A DNA stretch of 57,793 bases from a virus (taxonomy: Duplodnaviria; Caudoviricetes). Shown piece by piece: positions 25,371 through 35,074 of the stretch. Within the stretch, counting starts at the first letter, position 1, and the number at the start of each line of letters is the position of its first letter. Position numbers and translations under genes: made by a program. Under the pieces are notes generated by a model, which searched no databases, had not been told where the DNA came from, and saw only the letters and a program-made list of their open reading frames with translations. Location: the IMG/VR virus record IMGVR_UViG_3300020043_007152, positions 1 through 57,793 of that record; one strand, written 5' to 3'.

Positions 25371-26398
25371 GCACAACAGCACTGACACACATGCCACAAC
25401 ACGGCGATCAACTTGCCATCACTGAGCCGCAACTGATCGAGGTTCTCCGCGCCAGCCTTTACCCGGACGCCGCGCCAGAAAGCGTCGCACTTGTGCTTGG
25501 CTACTGCCGGGCGGCAAATCTCGACCCCATGCAAAAGCCTGTCCACATCGTGCCTATGTGGAGCAAGGCTGCGGGAAGCATGAGGGATGTCATCATGCCG
25601 GGTATTGCGCTCTACCGAATCCAGGCGTCCCGCAGCGGGCAACTCGCCGGTATCGGGCAACCGGAATTCGGTCCAGACAAGACCGAGAACATAGGCGGGA
25701 TCACGGTCACTTACCCGGAATGGTGCCGGGTTGTCGTGCGCCGCCGTATGCCGACTGGAGAAATCGCCGAGTTCATTGGCCTGGAGCGGTGGAGAGAGAA
25801 CTACGCGCAGAAGGGAGGCAAGGAAAGGTCCATTGCTCCTAATTCAATGTGGGAGCGGCGTCCCAGCGCGCAGCTTGCCAAGTGCGCAGAATCGCAGGCA
25901 TTGCGCCGGGCATTCCCCGAAATGTGCAGCGCCCCGACTGCCGAGGAAATGGAGGGCAGGCAATACCAAGAGCGCGACGCGACTCCAACAAAGCGCCAGC
26001 CTGTGCCGGACCCTTTCCAAGCTGCGGCGCTTCCGGCGCTGCCCGCTCCAACGTGGCAGTCTCTCTATCCCCACGCATGGGGAGACGAGCCGGTGCCGGG
26101 GCGCGACGGCAAGACCTACGGGGAGATCGCGGACGCTGACGACGGGGAAACCGCGATGCGCGACTTGTGGCGCAACGACCCATCGAATCCTTGGCTGTGC
26201 GCATGGAGCGCGCAGTGGATAGAGAAAGCAGCAGCGCAGGTCCGCGATTTCGACTTGGCCAGCTTCAAGGCTCAGTTGGGAGTGCCGGATATTTTCGACT
26301 GCACACCGAAGCAACTTCGCACAATGGCTGGCACGCTGCTTAAGTGGCTAGCCCAACAGGCCGACAACGACGCGAAGGAGGCGCAGGAAGCGCAATGA
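25367..26398 (+). CDS. bet: Bet-family single-strand annealing protein
   Basis: YCRAANLDPMQKPVHIVPM...QLAKCAESQALRRAFP. Confidence 0.92.
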   Translation: MSTTALTHMPQHGDQLAITEPQLIEVLRASLYPDAAPESVALVLGYCRAANLDPMQKPVHIVPMWSKAAGSMRDVIMPGIALYRIQASRSGQLAGIGQPEFGPDKTENIGGITVTYPEWCRVVVRRRMPTGEIAEFIGLERWRENYAQKGGKERSIAPNSMWERRPSAQLAKCAESQALRRAFPEMCSAPTAEEMEGRQYQERDATPTKRQPVPDPFQAAALPALPAPTWQSLYPHAWGDEPVPGRDGKTYGEIADADDGETAMRDLWRNDPSNPWLCAWSAQWIEKAAAQVRDFDLASFKAQLGVPDIFDCTPKQLRTMAGTLLKWLAQQADNDAKEAQEAQ

Positions 26399-26835
26399 AC
26401 ATCCGCAAACTTACCATAAAGGAGCGCGTGCAAGCCCGCAAGATTCTAAGGGCGCAAATCGCGGGGGCGAAGACAGTCCTTACTGAAATACCACGCGACC
26501 AATGGCCCTCCCCTGATTCGTCACATCCAAAGCGCCCGGCAAAAGTGTGGCTATCGAAGACGTTTCTCGTTCAAGCGTCCGTAGAGGAGCACGACATTGT
26601 TCGGCTATCCGTGAACCGAACTGAGCTTGTAATTGAGACAGGCCACTGGCAAGACGGCATCACTTGGGACGAACTCATGCGCGTGAAGAAGGAATGCGGG
26701 TACGGCGACCGTTGGGCAGTAGAAGTGTTCCCTCCCGACGACGAAGTCGTCAATGTCGCCAACATACGACACCTGTGGTTATTGCCGAATGCCCCCACCT
26801 TCGCCTGGAATAGCGCCAACCCTCCACAACAATGA
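26395..26835 (+). CDS. Conserved phage hypothetical protein
   Basis: ITWDELMRVK...AVEVFP...VNVANIRHLW. Confidence 0.8.
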   Translation: MNIRKLTIKERVQARKILRAQIAGAKTVLTEIPRDQWPSPDSSHPKRPAKVWLSKTFLVQASVEEHDIVRLSVNRTELVIETGHWQDGITWDELMRVKKECGYGDRWAVEVFPPDDEVVNVANIRHLWLLPNAPTFAWNSANPPQQ

Positions 26836-27515
26836 ACCCGCTCGCCAAAATACACACCGACCTGATTCAAGGCTCCGACGAATGGTTCCGCGCACGGTTG
26901 GGACGCGCGACCGCCAGCCAGGCCAAGCGCATTATCACGGCAGCGAAGGGAGACTATTCCAAGCAGGCACCCGATTACGCTGCCGAACTTATTGCGGAAT
27001 GCCTCGCTCCGAATGAGCCGCCCTCATTTGCCGGGAATTGGGCCACTGACCGAGGGAATGAAATGGAGCCTCACGCTATCGCTGCGTTCGAGGCGCAAAC
27101 CGGCCTGAAAGTCCAGAAGGTCGGCTTCATATCCGTTCGCCTCCGCGAGGACAGCCCGGTGGACATCGTAGGCCTTTCGCCTGACGGACTGGTGCTGGAC
27201 TCGGACGGCTTCGACTACTGTGCCGGCCTCGAAGTGAAATGCCCGCTGCGCACACAGCACGTTCAGAATGCGCTCACCGGAGAGCTTCCCGACGACTACA
27301 AGCAGCAGGTCCACTGGAGCCTTGCGCTGACAAAGCTGCCCGAATGGCATTTCTGGTCGTGGCATCCAGACATACAGCCGGTTCACTACGTTGTCCGACC
27401 AGACGCATACACGGAGAAAGTTTCCGCAGCTATTGAGCAGTTTGTCTGCGAATACGTGGCCATGCGCACGCGACTTGTGCCCAAGCTGCAACTTCCGCCG
27501 GGCCTGAGCGAATAA
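26832..27515 (+). CDS. YqaJ/lambda-exonuclease family protein
   Basis: QGSDEWFRARLGRATAS, SPDGL, EVKCP, QVHW. Confidence 0.92.
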   Translation: MNPLAKIHTDLIQGSDEWFRARLGRATASQAKRIITAAKGDYSKQAPDYAAELIAECLAPNEPPSFAGNWATDRGNEMEPHAIAAFEAQTGLKVQKVGFISVRLREDSPVDIVGLSPDGLVLDSDGFDYCAGLEVKCPLRTQHVQNALTGELPDDYKQQVHWSLALTKLPEWHFWSWHPDIQPVHYVVRPDAYTEKVSAAIEQFVCEYVAMRTRLVPKLQLPPGLSE

Positions 27516-27545
27516 TTCACCAACCCAAAACACGCCAAAACTACC

Positions 27546-28136
27546 ATGCACGACGACGACAACACCGACGACCTTTCAAAGCCGCGCTTTGACTATGACA
27601 CCGGCATTTACCGGGACTGCCCGCAATGCCACGGCGACGGAATGGACGGCAAAGGCTGCCCGCAGTGTGAGCCCTCCAATAAAGCCGACTTTGATAAGCA
27701 TTGCGCCGAGAATCCGCCCATCACATTCCACCAGGACGACGAGGACGAAATGGCCATCGCACGCGCCATATTCAGCGGAATGACCGAGCGGCCAATCGAA
27801 GACACCGGTTGGCTTTTGGAGGCATACCGGAGACACAAGAAAAGTTGGGAGGAGCCAGCGTTGGGAAGGCTAAGCTACAAGGCGTTTTACGAACACATGG
27901 GTAAAGGATTCCGTGAGTATTTCGCCACGCAGATTAGAGCCGAATTGAAGGCGATGCAGGAAAAGGCGGAGGAAGCGCAGCGCGCCGCAGAACTGGCGAA
28001 GCGCCCGCAAAGAACTTATCAGTGCGGTCTCTGCCAGAAAACGCAGCAGGTGGCCGAGCCGGAGCCGTGGGAGCGCATCCCGTTCCCAAAGTGCTGCGGG
28101 AAAGTAATGAAGCACATCACAACCACACCGAACTAA
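27546..28136 (+). CDS. Zn-finger hypothetical protein
   Basis: CPQCHG..GCPQC; CGLC...CCG. Confidence 0.7.
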   Translation: MHDDDNTDDLSKPRFDYDTGIYRDCPQCHGDGMDGKGCPQCEPSNKADFDKHCAENPPITFHQDDEDEMAIARAIFSGMTERPIEDTGWLLEAYRRHKKSWEEPALGRLSYKAFYEHMGKGFREYFATQIRAELKAMQEKAEEAQRAAELAKRPQRTYQCGLCQKTQQVAEPEPWERIPFPKCCGKVMKHITTTPN

Positions 28137-28137
28137 T

Positions 28138-28605
28138 ATGAAGACAACCAAAGAAGAACGCGCCGCCCGTCTGCATGGCGTGGAGATCGGCGACGAATGC
28201 GCTGACCCGCAAATCATCGCGGACGCGAAGGAGAGCAATCTCCTGATCGTCTATGGCTACAGCGACGACATCTGCGAGTTTGGCGGGGCGTTTCGAGAGG
28301 AGTGTTACCCCAACAGGAGTGGCAAGATGGCAATCACGCGCAGCGGCAAGGCATTTGACGAAGATGCTGTCCAGGAGGCGTTGGAAACACTGGAGAATGC
28401 ACTTGGCGTCACAGTGCCTATGCCAGAACTGCTGGACGTGACGGCGCATTGGTGCAAAACAGCCCTGGATGGCAGAGAGCCATCATGGCATTACACGACA
28501 AGCCTGCCTCACGCGACGTTCGATGTGATGGAAGACGGCGAGCTTTACTGCATAGGGATCGTCATTGACCTGAGCGAACAGCCGACCACGGAGGAAGCGC
28601 CATGA
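28138..28605 (+). CDS. Conserved phage hypothetical protein
   Basis: VYGYSDDICEFGG...PHATFDVMEDGELYCIGIV. Confidence 0.8.
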   Translation: MKTTKEERAARLHGVEIGDECADPQIIADAKESNLLIVYGYSDDICEFGGAFREECYPNRSGKMAITRSGKAFDEDAVQEALETLENALGVTVPMPELLDVTAHWCKTALDGREPSWHYTTSLPHATFDVMEDGELYCIGIVIDLSEQPTTEEAP

Positions 28606-29108
28606 GCTTTTTCCAGTTCTCGCCAATCGCCAAGACGCGCAATGAACACCGCTGCGCATGGTGCAACGAGAAGATCGAGAAGGGAGCCGCCGCGGTGCGC
28701 GGCTCAGGGTTTGGAGACGACGGTTTCTGGAGCGCCATTGAGCACCCGGAATGCTACCGCGCATGTCAATATGAGTGGTGGAATGAGTCGGACGAATATC
28801 CACTGGACTCCATGCGCCGCGGAACTTGCCTCGAAAGCGGAGATACAGGCGACTGCACGATATGGAGCAGCGAGCCTGTGACTGCGGAGGAACTTCGGAC
28901 AGTGGGGCGACACGCAAAGAACACTCGTCCATTCGCAAATTTCTGGCCGGTTTGGAAATGCGAGTGCGGACTCGAATTTGCCCTAGATTCATCGCCTATA
29001 GACGGAAGCCTTCGATGGAACGGTTACGCATGGGAGCACCACCACGGCGGACAGGCCGGGCATTTCCGTATGACGAAAACATTTCAGCCAAACAAGACAC
29101 TGCCATGA
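28602..29108 (+). CDS. Hypothetical protein
   Basis: HRCAWCNEKI...HPEC; ATGA overlaps. Confidence 0.7.
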   Translation: MSFFQFSPIAKTRNEHRCAWCNEKIEKGAAAVRGSGFGDDGFWSAIEHPECYRACQYEWWNESDEYPLDSMRRGTCLESGDTGDCTIWSSEPVTAEELRTVGRHAKNTRPFANFWPVWKCECGLEFALDSSPIDGSLRWNGYAWEHHHGGQAGHFRMTKTFQPNKTLP

Positions 29109-29311
29109 GCACACCAAATACAACCGCCCCTGCTGTTGTTCGGCCTCGCCGTCCACGTTGCAATCATCGATGCGTTGGATGGGACGAGGCCAATAAATGC
29201 GGGCATGTTCACGGGTGCTGGACATGCACCCTCAAGCGCGGGCACCGCGGACCACATATCGCGTGCGGGATCGGCAAAGGGCACAACTTCGCACATTGGC
29301 CGAACGCTTGA
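29105..29311 (+). CDS. Cassette gene, Cys/His-rich protein
   Basis: Bounded by GTTCGGCC (29138)/GGCCGAAC (29305). Confidence 0.65.
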   Translation: MSTPNTTAPAVVRPRRPRCNHRCVGWDEANKCGHVHGCWTCTLKRGHRGPHIACGIGKGHNFAHWPNA

Positions 29312-29358
29312 GATCAGCCACGAGCCTTAGCGAGTTGGGCTGCATCTCATGGTTAGCT
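29299..29358 (-). repeat. attC-like site (short, 60 bp)
   Basis: Minus strand AGCTAAC CAT GAGATGCAGCC...GGCTGATCTC AAGC GTTCGGC. Confidence 0.85.
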
Positions 29359-29487
29359 GGCTGGTCTGGACCTCTGAAAACGCGGCAGCGCAAGGACGAG
29401 AGGAATAAATTAAATCTCCTCTTTACAAACCAAAGCGGTTAGGTTACAGATACCGGGGTCAACGGAAAACCCAACTCACCCAAAAAA

Positions 29488-29763
29488 ATGAAAACTGAAA
29501 TCATCGAAGTTAAAATGACTCGTCAAGCTGGCAACGATTGGATCGTCCGACTCTCCGACCGCGAGGGCTGGTGGATGCTACCAACGCACATGGTCTCCGC
29601 TGAGATCAACATGCGCAACATCCGGCAGTTTAAGGGCAACCCTGCCGCACTCGAAGATGTGACGCCATCTGCTATCATGGGCATCGCAATGTGCGGATAT
29701 CCAGTGCAAACCGCATACTACGAGACCGCCAAAAAGGGCAACTCCAAGATGGCACGCCGGTAA
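29488..29763 (+). CDS. Cassette gene, hypothetical
   Basis: Inside cassette bounded by GTTAGCTGGCT/AGCCAGCTAAC. Confidence 0.7.
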   Translation: MKTEIIEVKMTRQAGNDWIVRLSDREGWWMLPTHMVSAEINMRNIRQFKGNPAALEDVTPSAIMGIAMCGYPVQTAYYETAKKGNSKMARR

Positions 29764-29793
29764 ATCATCCAATCATCCAATCATCAAAAAAGC

Positions 29794-30099
29794 ATGAAAA
29801 TCAAAACACTCAAAGCTGGCACTATCGTCCAAATGCACGGAATCCCCGTCGAGCTGCTCGGCGAGGTCAAAGCACAAAGCTCAAAGGGCAATTGGACAAT
29901 GATCGACAGCGGCATCAAAGAGCGGGCAAAGCAAATGGGACGCAAAGGAGGACTGCAAACGTCTGAAGCCAAAGCCGCCGCTGTCCGAGAAAATGGTAAG
30001 CTCGGCGGGCGGCCTCGGAAAACTCCGAAGGCTGAGCCGCCGTCTGAGCCAGCTAACGACGCCGGTCAGCGACATTCGCCGCGCCAAGAGACTTTATGA
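29794..30099 (+). CDS. Cassette gene, small basic putative DNA-binding protein
   Basis: GRKGG..TSEAKAAAVRENGKLGGRPRK motif. Confidence 0.75.
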   Translation: MKIKTLKAGTIVQMHGIPVELLGEVKAQSSKGNWTMIDSGIKERAKQMGRKGGLQTSEAKAAAVRENGKLGGRPRKTPKAEPPSEPANDAGQRHSPRQETL

Positions 30100-30150
30100 C
30101 CACGAAAACCGACAACGCGGCGAATGTTCGCTGCACTGGCATGGTTAGGG
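30051..30150 (-). repeat. attC-like site
   Basis: Minus strand CCCTAAC CAT GCCAGTGCAGCGAACATTCGCCGCG...CGCGGCGAATGTCGCTGACCGGC GTC GTTAGCT. Confidence 0.85.
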
Positions 30151-30368
30151 CGCACTTACCAGCGCGTCTCAGGAGTGCGCTGGAGGCGGTGGTGGCTGGC
30201 GAGGGCGACGACCTGTATTTCGTGCTCGGATACCTGTCAGCGTCCACGGCGAGAAGCTATATGTCGCAACTCAAAGCGCGCGGACTAGCCTACACGCACG
30301 TCAGCGGCGGGACGGTGGAGGTCTGGGCGCACGACAAGGGGAGGCGTCTAGTGCGCCCTAACGACTGA
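30096..30368 (+). CDS. Cassette gene, possible winged-helix protein
   Basis: Bounded by the perfect 12-bp pair GTTAGGGCGCAC/GTGCGCCCTAAC. Confidence 0.7.
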   Translation: MTTKTDNAANVRCTGMVRAHLPARLRSALEAVVAGEGDDLYFVLGYLSASTARSYMSQLKARGLAYTHVSGGTVEVWAHDKGRRLVRPND

Positions 30369-30397
30369 CTCGTCCGCAAAGTGCGGAATATCACACC
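30360..30397 (-). repeat. attI-like site type B, copy 1
   Basis: Plus strand AACGACTGACTCGTCCGCAAAGTGCGGAATATCACACC; repeated at 39405. Confidence 0.65.
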
Positions 30398-30405
30398 TAA
30401 ACACA

Positions 30406-30699
30406 ATGACCTATACAGAAGAACAACTCAAGCTCGCGCTCATTAGGGCGCTTCCTGACACTATTCGCATCACTCCTGATGGATGCGCGAATCCAAATCA
30501 TATGTACTGGCTTCATGGTGATTGTGATGCAGTCACGCAACACGAATGGCCAGCCATCGTTGGGATGGCGTTCACGAAATGGATTGAAGAAGGAGGCCGA
30601 GACTTCGCTTACTACAGTTTCTTTTCACCCATCGTATCATGGCAACAAGTCGCTACTTACCTCGCAGAAATCGGCGCAATCAAAATCGAGACGCCATGA
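30406..30699 (+). CDS. Hypothetical protein
   Basis: 97-aa ORF after the attI-like site. Confidence 0.65.
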   Translation: MTYTEEQLKLALIRALPDTIRITPDGCANPNHMYWLHGDCDAVTQHEWPAIVGMAFTKWIEEGGRDFAYYSFFSPIVSWQQVATYLAEIGAIKIETP

Positions 30700-31028
30700 A
30701 CCCAATCACCCCGCCGCAGACCTATCAGGCGCGGACAGCAACAGGCACGGTGCCCAAAAGACAACAAATCTTAGGGAAGGGTAAAATATCACCGGCGCTA
30801 GGTGCTGATGCTGCGGATTCGGGCTCGTTGTCCGACTCTGCGGCGGGGCTATTTTTTCCTTGCCATTAGCCGTGACTCCGGCACACTCCGGCAAAGCGAC
30901 TTGATCTTCGCTCCCCGAAATTCAATGAACCTCACTACCTCCAACATTTTTCCCGCCCCCAATCCGCGTTGCCGTTTGTTCATTGACGGAGATCAGAGCG
31001 CGGCTGGGAGGCGGGATTTTGTTTGGCC

Positions 31029-31925
31029 GTGAACTATTACCCTCACCATTTAGGCGACTACGCAAAGGACACTGGCCATTTGAGCCTTCTGGAGCATGGT
31101 GCATACCGCCTGCTTCTGGACCATTACTATTCCACCGAGAAGCCGCTCCCTAATTCTCCCGATGCACTGCATCGCATCTGCCGCGCCACCACAAAGCAGG
31201 AAAAGGAGGCCGTAGCATCAATAGCCAAGCAGTTCTTCCGGGAGGAAGATGGAGCGCTCGCGCATGGCCGTGTAGAGCGGGAGATTGAGGAATTCAGACG
31301 CAAATCTGAGAAAGCCGGACTGGCAGGCAAGGCTAGTGGGGAAGCGAGAAGATTAAAGGCTTCTAAAGAAAACGAACGGACGTTCAACGGACGTTCAACG
31401 GACGTTCAACGGACGTTCAACGAATGTTCGTCTGGAGTTCAACCAGCCAATAACCAAGAGCCAATAACCAGTGTTCTTTTAGGAAAAGAACCAAAACCGC
31501 GCGGGCGCGGGAGGGATGATGATGATGCAGACTTTGCAGCGGCATCAGCACACCAACTCGACCTGACGGCCTCCCCGAAGCTCAAGGCCGCTTGGCAGGA
31601 ATGGCAGGCTTACCGCCAGCGCAGGCACCGCGCCAAAGGCCAAAAACATCTGGACTGGACGCTCCAATCCGCTCGCCTTTCGGCGGCTGGCATCATGGCA
31701 GCTTCAGAGCAGCACGGCGACCAGATTGTTTCAGACCGCATCGCCGCCGCAATTACCGGCGACTGGCAAGGACTCAACTTCGACACCATCAAACACCCAC
31801 AAACCAATGGCTATTCAACACATCCAGGACATCGCCCTGCGCCGCGCTTCGCCACCGACACCAGAACCGGACCCGGCACCATTGCGGGGGGCGGCCAAAG
31901 CGAAGCTCATAAGCACCGTCTCTGA
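31029..31925 (+). CDS. DUF1376/YdaU-family replication initiator
   Basis: NYYPHHLGDYAKDTGHLSLLEHGAYRLLLDHYYSTEKPLP; internal iterons. Confidence 0.88.
   Translation: MNYYPHHLGDYAKDTGHLSLLEHGAYRLLLDHYYSTEKPLPNSPDALHRICRATTKQEKEAVASIAKQFFREEDGALAHGRVEREIEEFRRKSEKAGLAGKASGEARRLKASKENERTFNGRSTDVQRTFNECSSGVQPANNQEPITSVLLGKEPKPRGRGRDDDDADFAAASAHQLDLTASPKLKAAWQEWQAYRQRRHRAKGQKHLDWTLQSARLSAAGIMAASEQHGDQIVSDRIAAAITGDWQGLNFDTIKHPQTNGYSTHPGHRPAPRFATDTRTGPGTIAGGGQSEAHKHRL
31375..31429 (+). repeat. Iteron array, probable replication origin
   Basis: AACGGACGTTC x4 plus AACGAATGTTC inside the initiator gene. Confidence 0.85.
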
Positions 31926-32511
31926 CTACATCACCACCGGCCCCGGCTGGACGGAAGCGGAGTCGTCAAACGCCACCGAAGCCCGCGAATTGGCGATGGA
32001 AGCAGCCACTCACATGTTCCGACACGCTCCAGGCTACTGCCTCGCTTTCATTGGCCAGACCACCTGCGGGAAAACATTTCTCGCCCGAAAGCTCAAAAAG
32101 TGGTGGAGCGAAGTTGCGCGCTTTGCCGGTGGAACGGAATGGAAATACGATCACGGCGAGTGGATAAGCTGGCCGAATCACACCTACGAGGAAGTCGAGG
32201 AAAAGGGGCAGACCACCGGCCTGCTTGTCATTGACGAGGCGGGACGAGGCCGGACCGGCGCGGTAGCCTCCACCGCAGCCGTGGACCGCCTCATCGAAAC
32301 TCTTTCCATCCGCGAGCACCGCAGGCTGTTTACGGTCGTAACCGCGAACTGGACGGCTGACTGCGTGCCAGACAGGGCCTTGCTGGAGCGACTTCGCCGC
32401 CCGCCCGCCCGCTGCCTGCAATCGCCTGTATCCCTACGCCCCTACAACAAGCGCCTGCCAGACGAGACCGCCGGGACGGGCAGAATCTTCACCGCAACTG
32501 AACAGCCTTGA
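31807..32511 (+). CDS. DnaC/IstB-like AAA+ helicase loader
   Basis: Walker A GQTTCGKT, Walker B LLVIDEAG, TVVTAN. Confidence 0.8.
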   Translation: MAIQHIQDIALRRASPPTPEPDPAPLRGAAKAKLISTVSDYITTGPGWTEAESSNATEARELAMEAATHMFRHAPGYCLAFIGQTTCGKTFLARKLKKWWSEVARFAGGTEWKYDHGEWISWPNHTYEEVEEKGQTTGLLVIDEAGRGRTGAVASTAAVDRLIETLSIREHRRLFTVVTANWTADCVPDRALLERLRRPPARCLQSPVSLRPYNKRLPDETAGTGRIFTATEQP

Positions 32512-32717
32512 AACGCCGCCACAGCCAACCCAAACGGAAGCAAAAACGCGCCCAATGCTCCGAAGCCGCCCGCGCCGAATACCTCGCCCGTAATGGCTTT
32601 CCGTGCCAACGCTGCGGCCAATTCTTCAACACCCCCCTCGAAATCGAAGCACACCGCCGGTTCTGCGAGCCGGACAACTCTCCACCCACACCCACACCCA
32701 CACCGCCATGCCCGTAG
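32508..32717 (+). CDS. Small Zn-finger protein
   Basis: CQRC...H...C. Confidence 0.45.
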   Translation: MKRRHSQPKRKQKRAQCSEAARAEYLARNGFPCQRCGQFFNTPLEIEAHRRFCEPDNSPPTPTPTPPCP

Positions 32718-33238
32718 AACTCCAATTCGCCAGCCGCCCCGCAAATCCATACCGGCCACCCCCGCAGCCGCCTTCCGCGTCCCTCCTCACGCCCCGCTGG
32801 AACGAAAGGGACTCTGTTGACCACATCGCCGGCATCCTCCGGCGTGTAGGACTCATCAACCCTCTCGCCCTCGCGCCAGATACGAGAACCGCCCTCTCAC
32901 GCACGTCCAGCGCCTCCGACTGGCTCGCATGGCTCGCCGCCGCCGGATACCCCCGAGACGCAGCGCAGCGCCTATCCGTCGCGATTTGCGCCCTCGCCGC
33001 CCCTTTAGGCTCAGAGCCGGAACGCGAAGCCTCAGAAATTCAGGCGGCCATACGCTCCTGCGGCTTCACCCAGGCCGAAATCGCCTCCGCCAGCGGCATC
33101 ACCACCAGCGAGATCAGCAACTTTGCCACCGGGAAGCGCCCTCCTACCCCTCAGAAGCAGGAACGCATCTACACAGCTATCGCCACCCTCCGCGAGCGCC
33201 GAATGGACGCCCTCGCTTCTCGTAAGGGCGACACTTAA
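32708..33238 (+). CDS. XRE-type HTH protein
   Basis: GFTQAEIASASGITTSEISNFATGKRPP. Confidence 0.8.
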   Translation: MPVELQFASRPANPYRPPPQPPSASLLTPRWNERDSVDHIAGILRRVGLINPLALAPDTRTALSRTSSASDWLAWLAAAGYPRDAAQRLSVAICALAAPLGSEPEREASEIQAAIRSCGFTQAEIASASGITTSEISNFATGKRPPTPQKQERIYTAIATLRERRMDALASRKGDT

Positions 33239-33507
33239 GGCATCTGCGGCTCCCTTCCAACTTCTGGGAGCCGCATTTTGCGCACCCGGACGGCCTTCCT
33301 GTGCGTCCAGGCTCCCGGCCCGCAGCTTTGGCTCGTTCCTCGCGCTCCCGGCGCTGTGTCTCAGCTTGTCGCGTGCTCATGGGGTAAATATCAAGTCAAG
33401 CAACCCCTCGCCAATCAGGGTTAGCAGCGCGAAGGCTATCATTATTGCGAAAATAAGGCAGGATTTTAGGCGGTCGGGCGGTTCGCTCATAGGTTTTTGG
33501 GTTGGAG

Positions 33508-33897
33508 TTATGCGCAAAATACCCGCTCACCAGAGCCGTATCGGCTGGATATGTCGTCGGGGCTAAGTCCGGCCAAGCCTAACCGCAAGGCGCTGGCCCC
33601 TAAATTACCCCATTGGGGCCAAAACGGCGGGTGGTTGTCGTAGCTGGATAGATACACCTCAGCCAATACCCTGCGCTGCGCATCCGTGACATGCTCTGGC
33701 ATGGGGCATCCATCGGCGACATGCAGATATACACTGCCAACCTGGTTGCGTATCCCGCCGCGTGTTCGCGTGTCAGTATAGGACACTGAGCCGCCGGGAG
33801 TTATGGTTACAATGACACCTCCGCGCTGTGGTTGAAACTGCGGATCGTAATGGTAGATAACGCATCCCTCAAGGATTATGTCGTGCGGTTCGCTCAC
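33508..33897 (-). CDS. Hypothetical protein
   Basis: GTG start overlapping stop of the upstream minus gene. Confidence 0.5.
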   Translation of the reverse strand: MSEPHDIILEGCVIYHYDPQFQPQRGGVIVTITPGGSVSYTDTRTRGGIRNQVGSVYLHVADGCPMPEHVTDAQRRVLAEVYLSSYDNHPPFWPQWGNLGASALRLGLAGLSPDDISSRYGSGERVFCA

Positions 33898-34199
33898 GGC
33901 TGGCCTCCTTCCGCTTTGGCGATGGCGGCATCCATCGCTTCCTGAATTTCCGGCCAGCCGTCTTGCTCTTCCATGTAGCGCGTATGGTCGGCTATTGCTT
34001 TGAGGACGGCCAGCAACTCCGGCGCGGCGGCGATTAGGCGGGCGTCGGCAAGGAGGGTGTCCGCGCGGCGACTGGATTCGACAACACAGATGGACGCGCC
34101 TCCAAGCTCGGATGAACGGCTGACGCATATCTCCTGCTCGCCATTAGCGGCTAGGTTTGAGAGATGCCACGGCCCGGGTGTGTGTTTCGGTTCGTTCAT
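33894..34199 (-). CDS. Conserved phage hypothetical protein
   Basis: KHTPGPW...ADARLIAAAPELL...AAIAKAEG. Confidence 0.85.
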   Translation of the reverse strand: MNEPKHTPGPWHLSNLAANGEQEICVSRSSELGGASICVVESSRRADTLLADARLIAAAPELLAVLKAIADHTRYMEEQDGWPEIQEAMDAAIAKAEGGQP

Positions 34200-34343
34200 G
34201 GTGGTAGTTTGTTTGTAGTTTGGCCGCCGGTAGTTCATGGCGACGAGCCACTAAAGCACAGCCACAACAAAAGCGCAACGGTTTTCTGCAAGAATTATTT
34301 CCCCCTTTGACTTTCCCCTTTCAATCCGCCATCTTTCGCAACT

Positions 34344-34886
34344 ATGAGAATACCGCAGACTGGTGAGCATTCGGGGGCTGCCGAACCGGAAAAGGGTCGC
34401 GGGCGCGCACGCGCGACGGAACTTGTTGAGACAGTGGAGCTTGTGCTGGAGACAGGCGGGCCATGCCACGAAAGGGAAAGGAAGCTGACGAAGCTGGAGC
34501 AGAGGCATTTAACGGCAAAAGCCGATGTAACAGAGGCGGTATCAGAGGGTTACGAATTTGCGGAGGCGCTGAGGCATGAGTTGATACGGCAGTTGCCGGC
34601 GGATGAGTGGGCAATGGAGGTTGCGAGCTTATGCCGCCATGAGCAGCCGATGGTTAAGGAGAGAGGGTGCCGCCTATGGGCCGAATACACGGCTGGGAAG
34701 CCGCTGACACGCACCGAGAACAAGAGCATGGAAGTCCACTACGACGCTCCCCTGGACCCAGCGATGCTCACGGCTACCCCGGCGGCAGCGGAAGCGATGG
34801 CGCGCACGCTGGCTGCCACACCCAGCGGGCGCGAGGCACTGGCCGCGATACTTGGCGTTGAGATACCAGACGCGGTCGCGAAGTGA
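34344..34886 (+). CDS. Hypothetical protein, possible terminase small subunit
   Basis: Helical 180 aa; RLWAEYTAGKP resembles TerS-like C-termini (weak). Confidence 0.45.
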   Translation: MRIPQTGEHSGAAEPEKGRGRARATELVETVELVLETGGPCHERERKLTKLEQRHLTAKADVTEAVSEGYEFAEALRHELIRQLPADEWAMEVASLCRHEQPMVKERGCRLWAEYTAGKPLTRTENKSMEVHYDAPLDPAMLTATPAAAEAMARTLAATPSGREALAAILGVEIPDAVAK

Positions 34887-34972
34887 TACAAATCCGGCGC
34901 GAAAATGAGGTTTGCCCACGGGGCCGACATCGCGCTTAGTATCGGAACGCCTGAAAAAGCGTGGGAAATGTC

Positions 34973-35012
34973 GGAAAAAGCGATGTGGGAATCCCCCATA
35001 GCGCGCCAGGCC
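34973..35012 (+). repeat. ~38-bp direct repeat, copy 1 (copy 2 at 37913-37950)
   Basis: GGAAAA(A)GCGATGTGGGAATCCCC(C)ATAGCGCGCC(A/C)GGCC. Confidence 0.85.
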
Positions 35013-35074
35013 GGGAGTGCCGCGGGGGAGATGTCCCCCGCGGATCGGCAGCCCCGCGCCCCCTCGCTTCGCAT

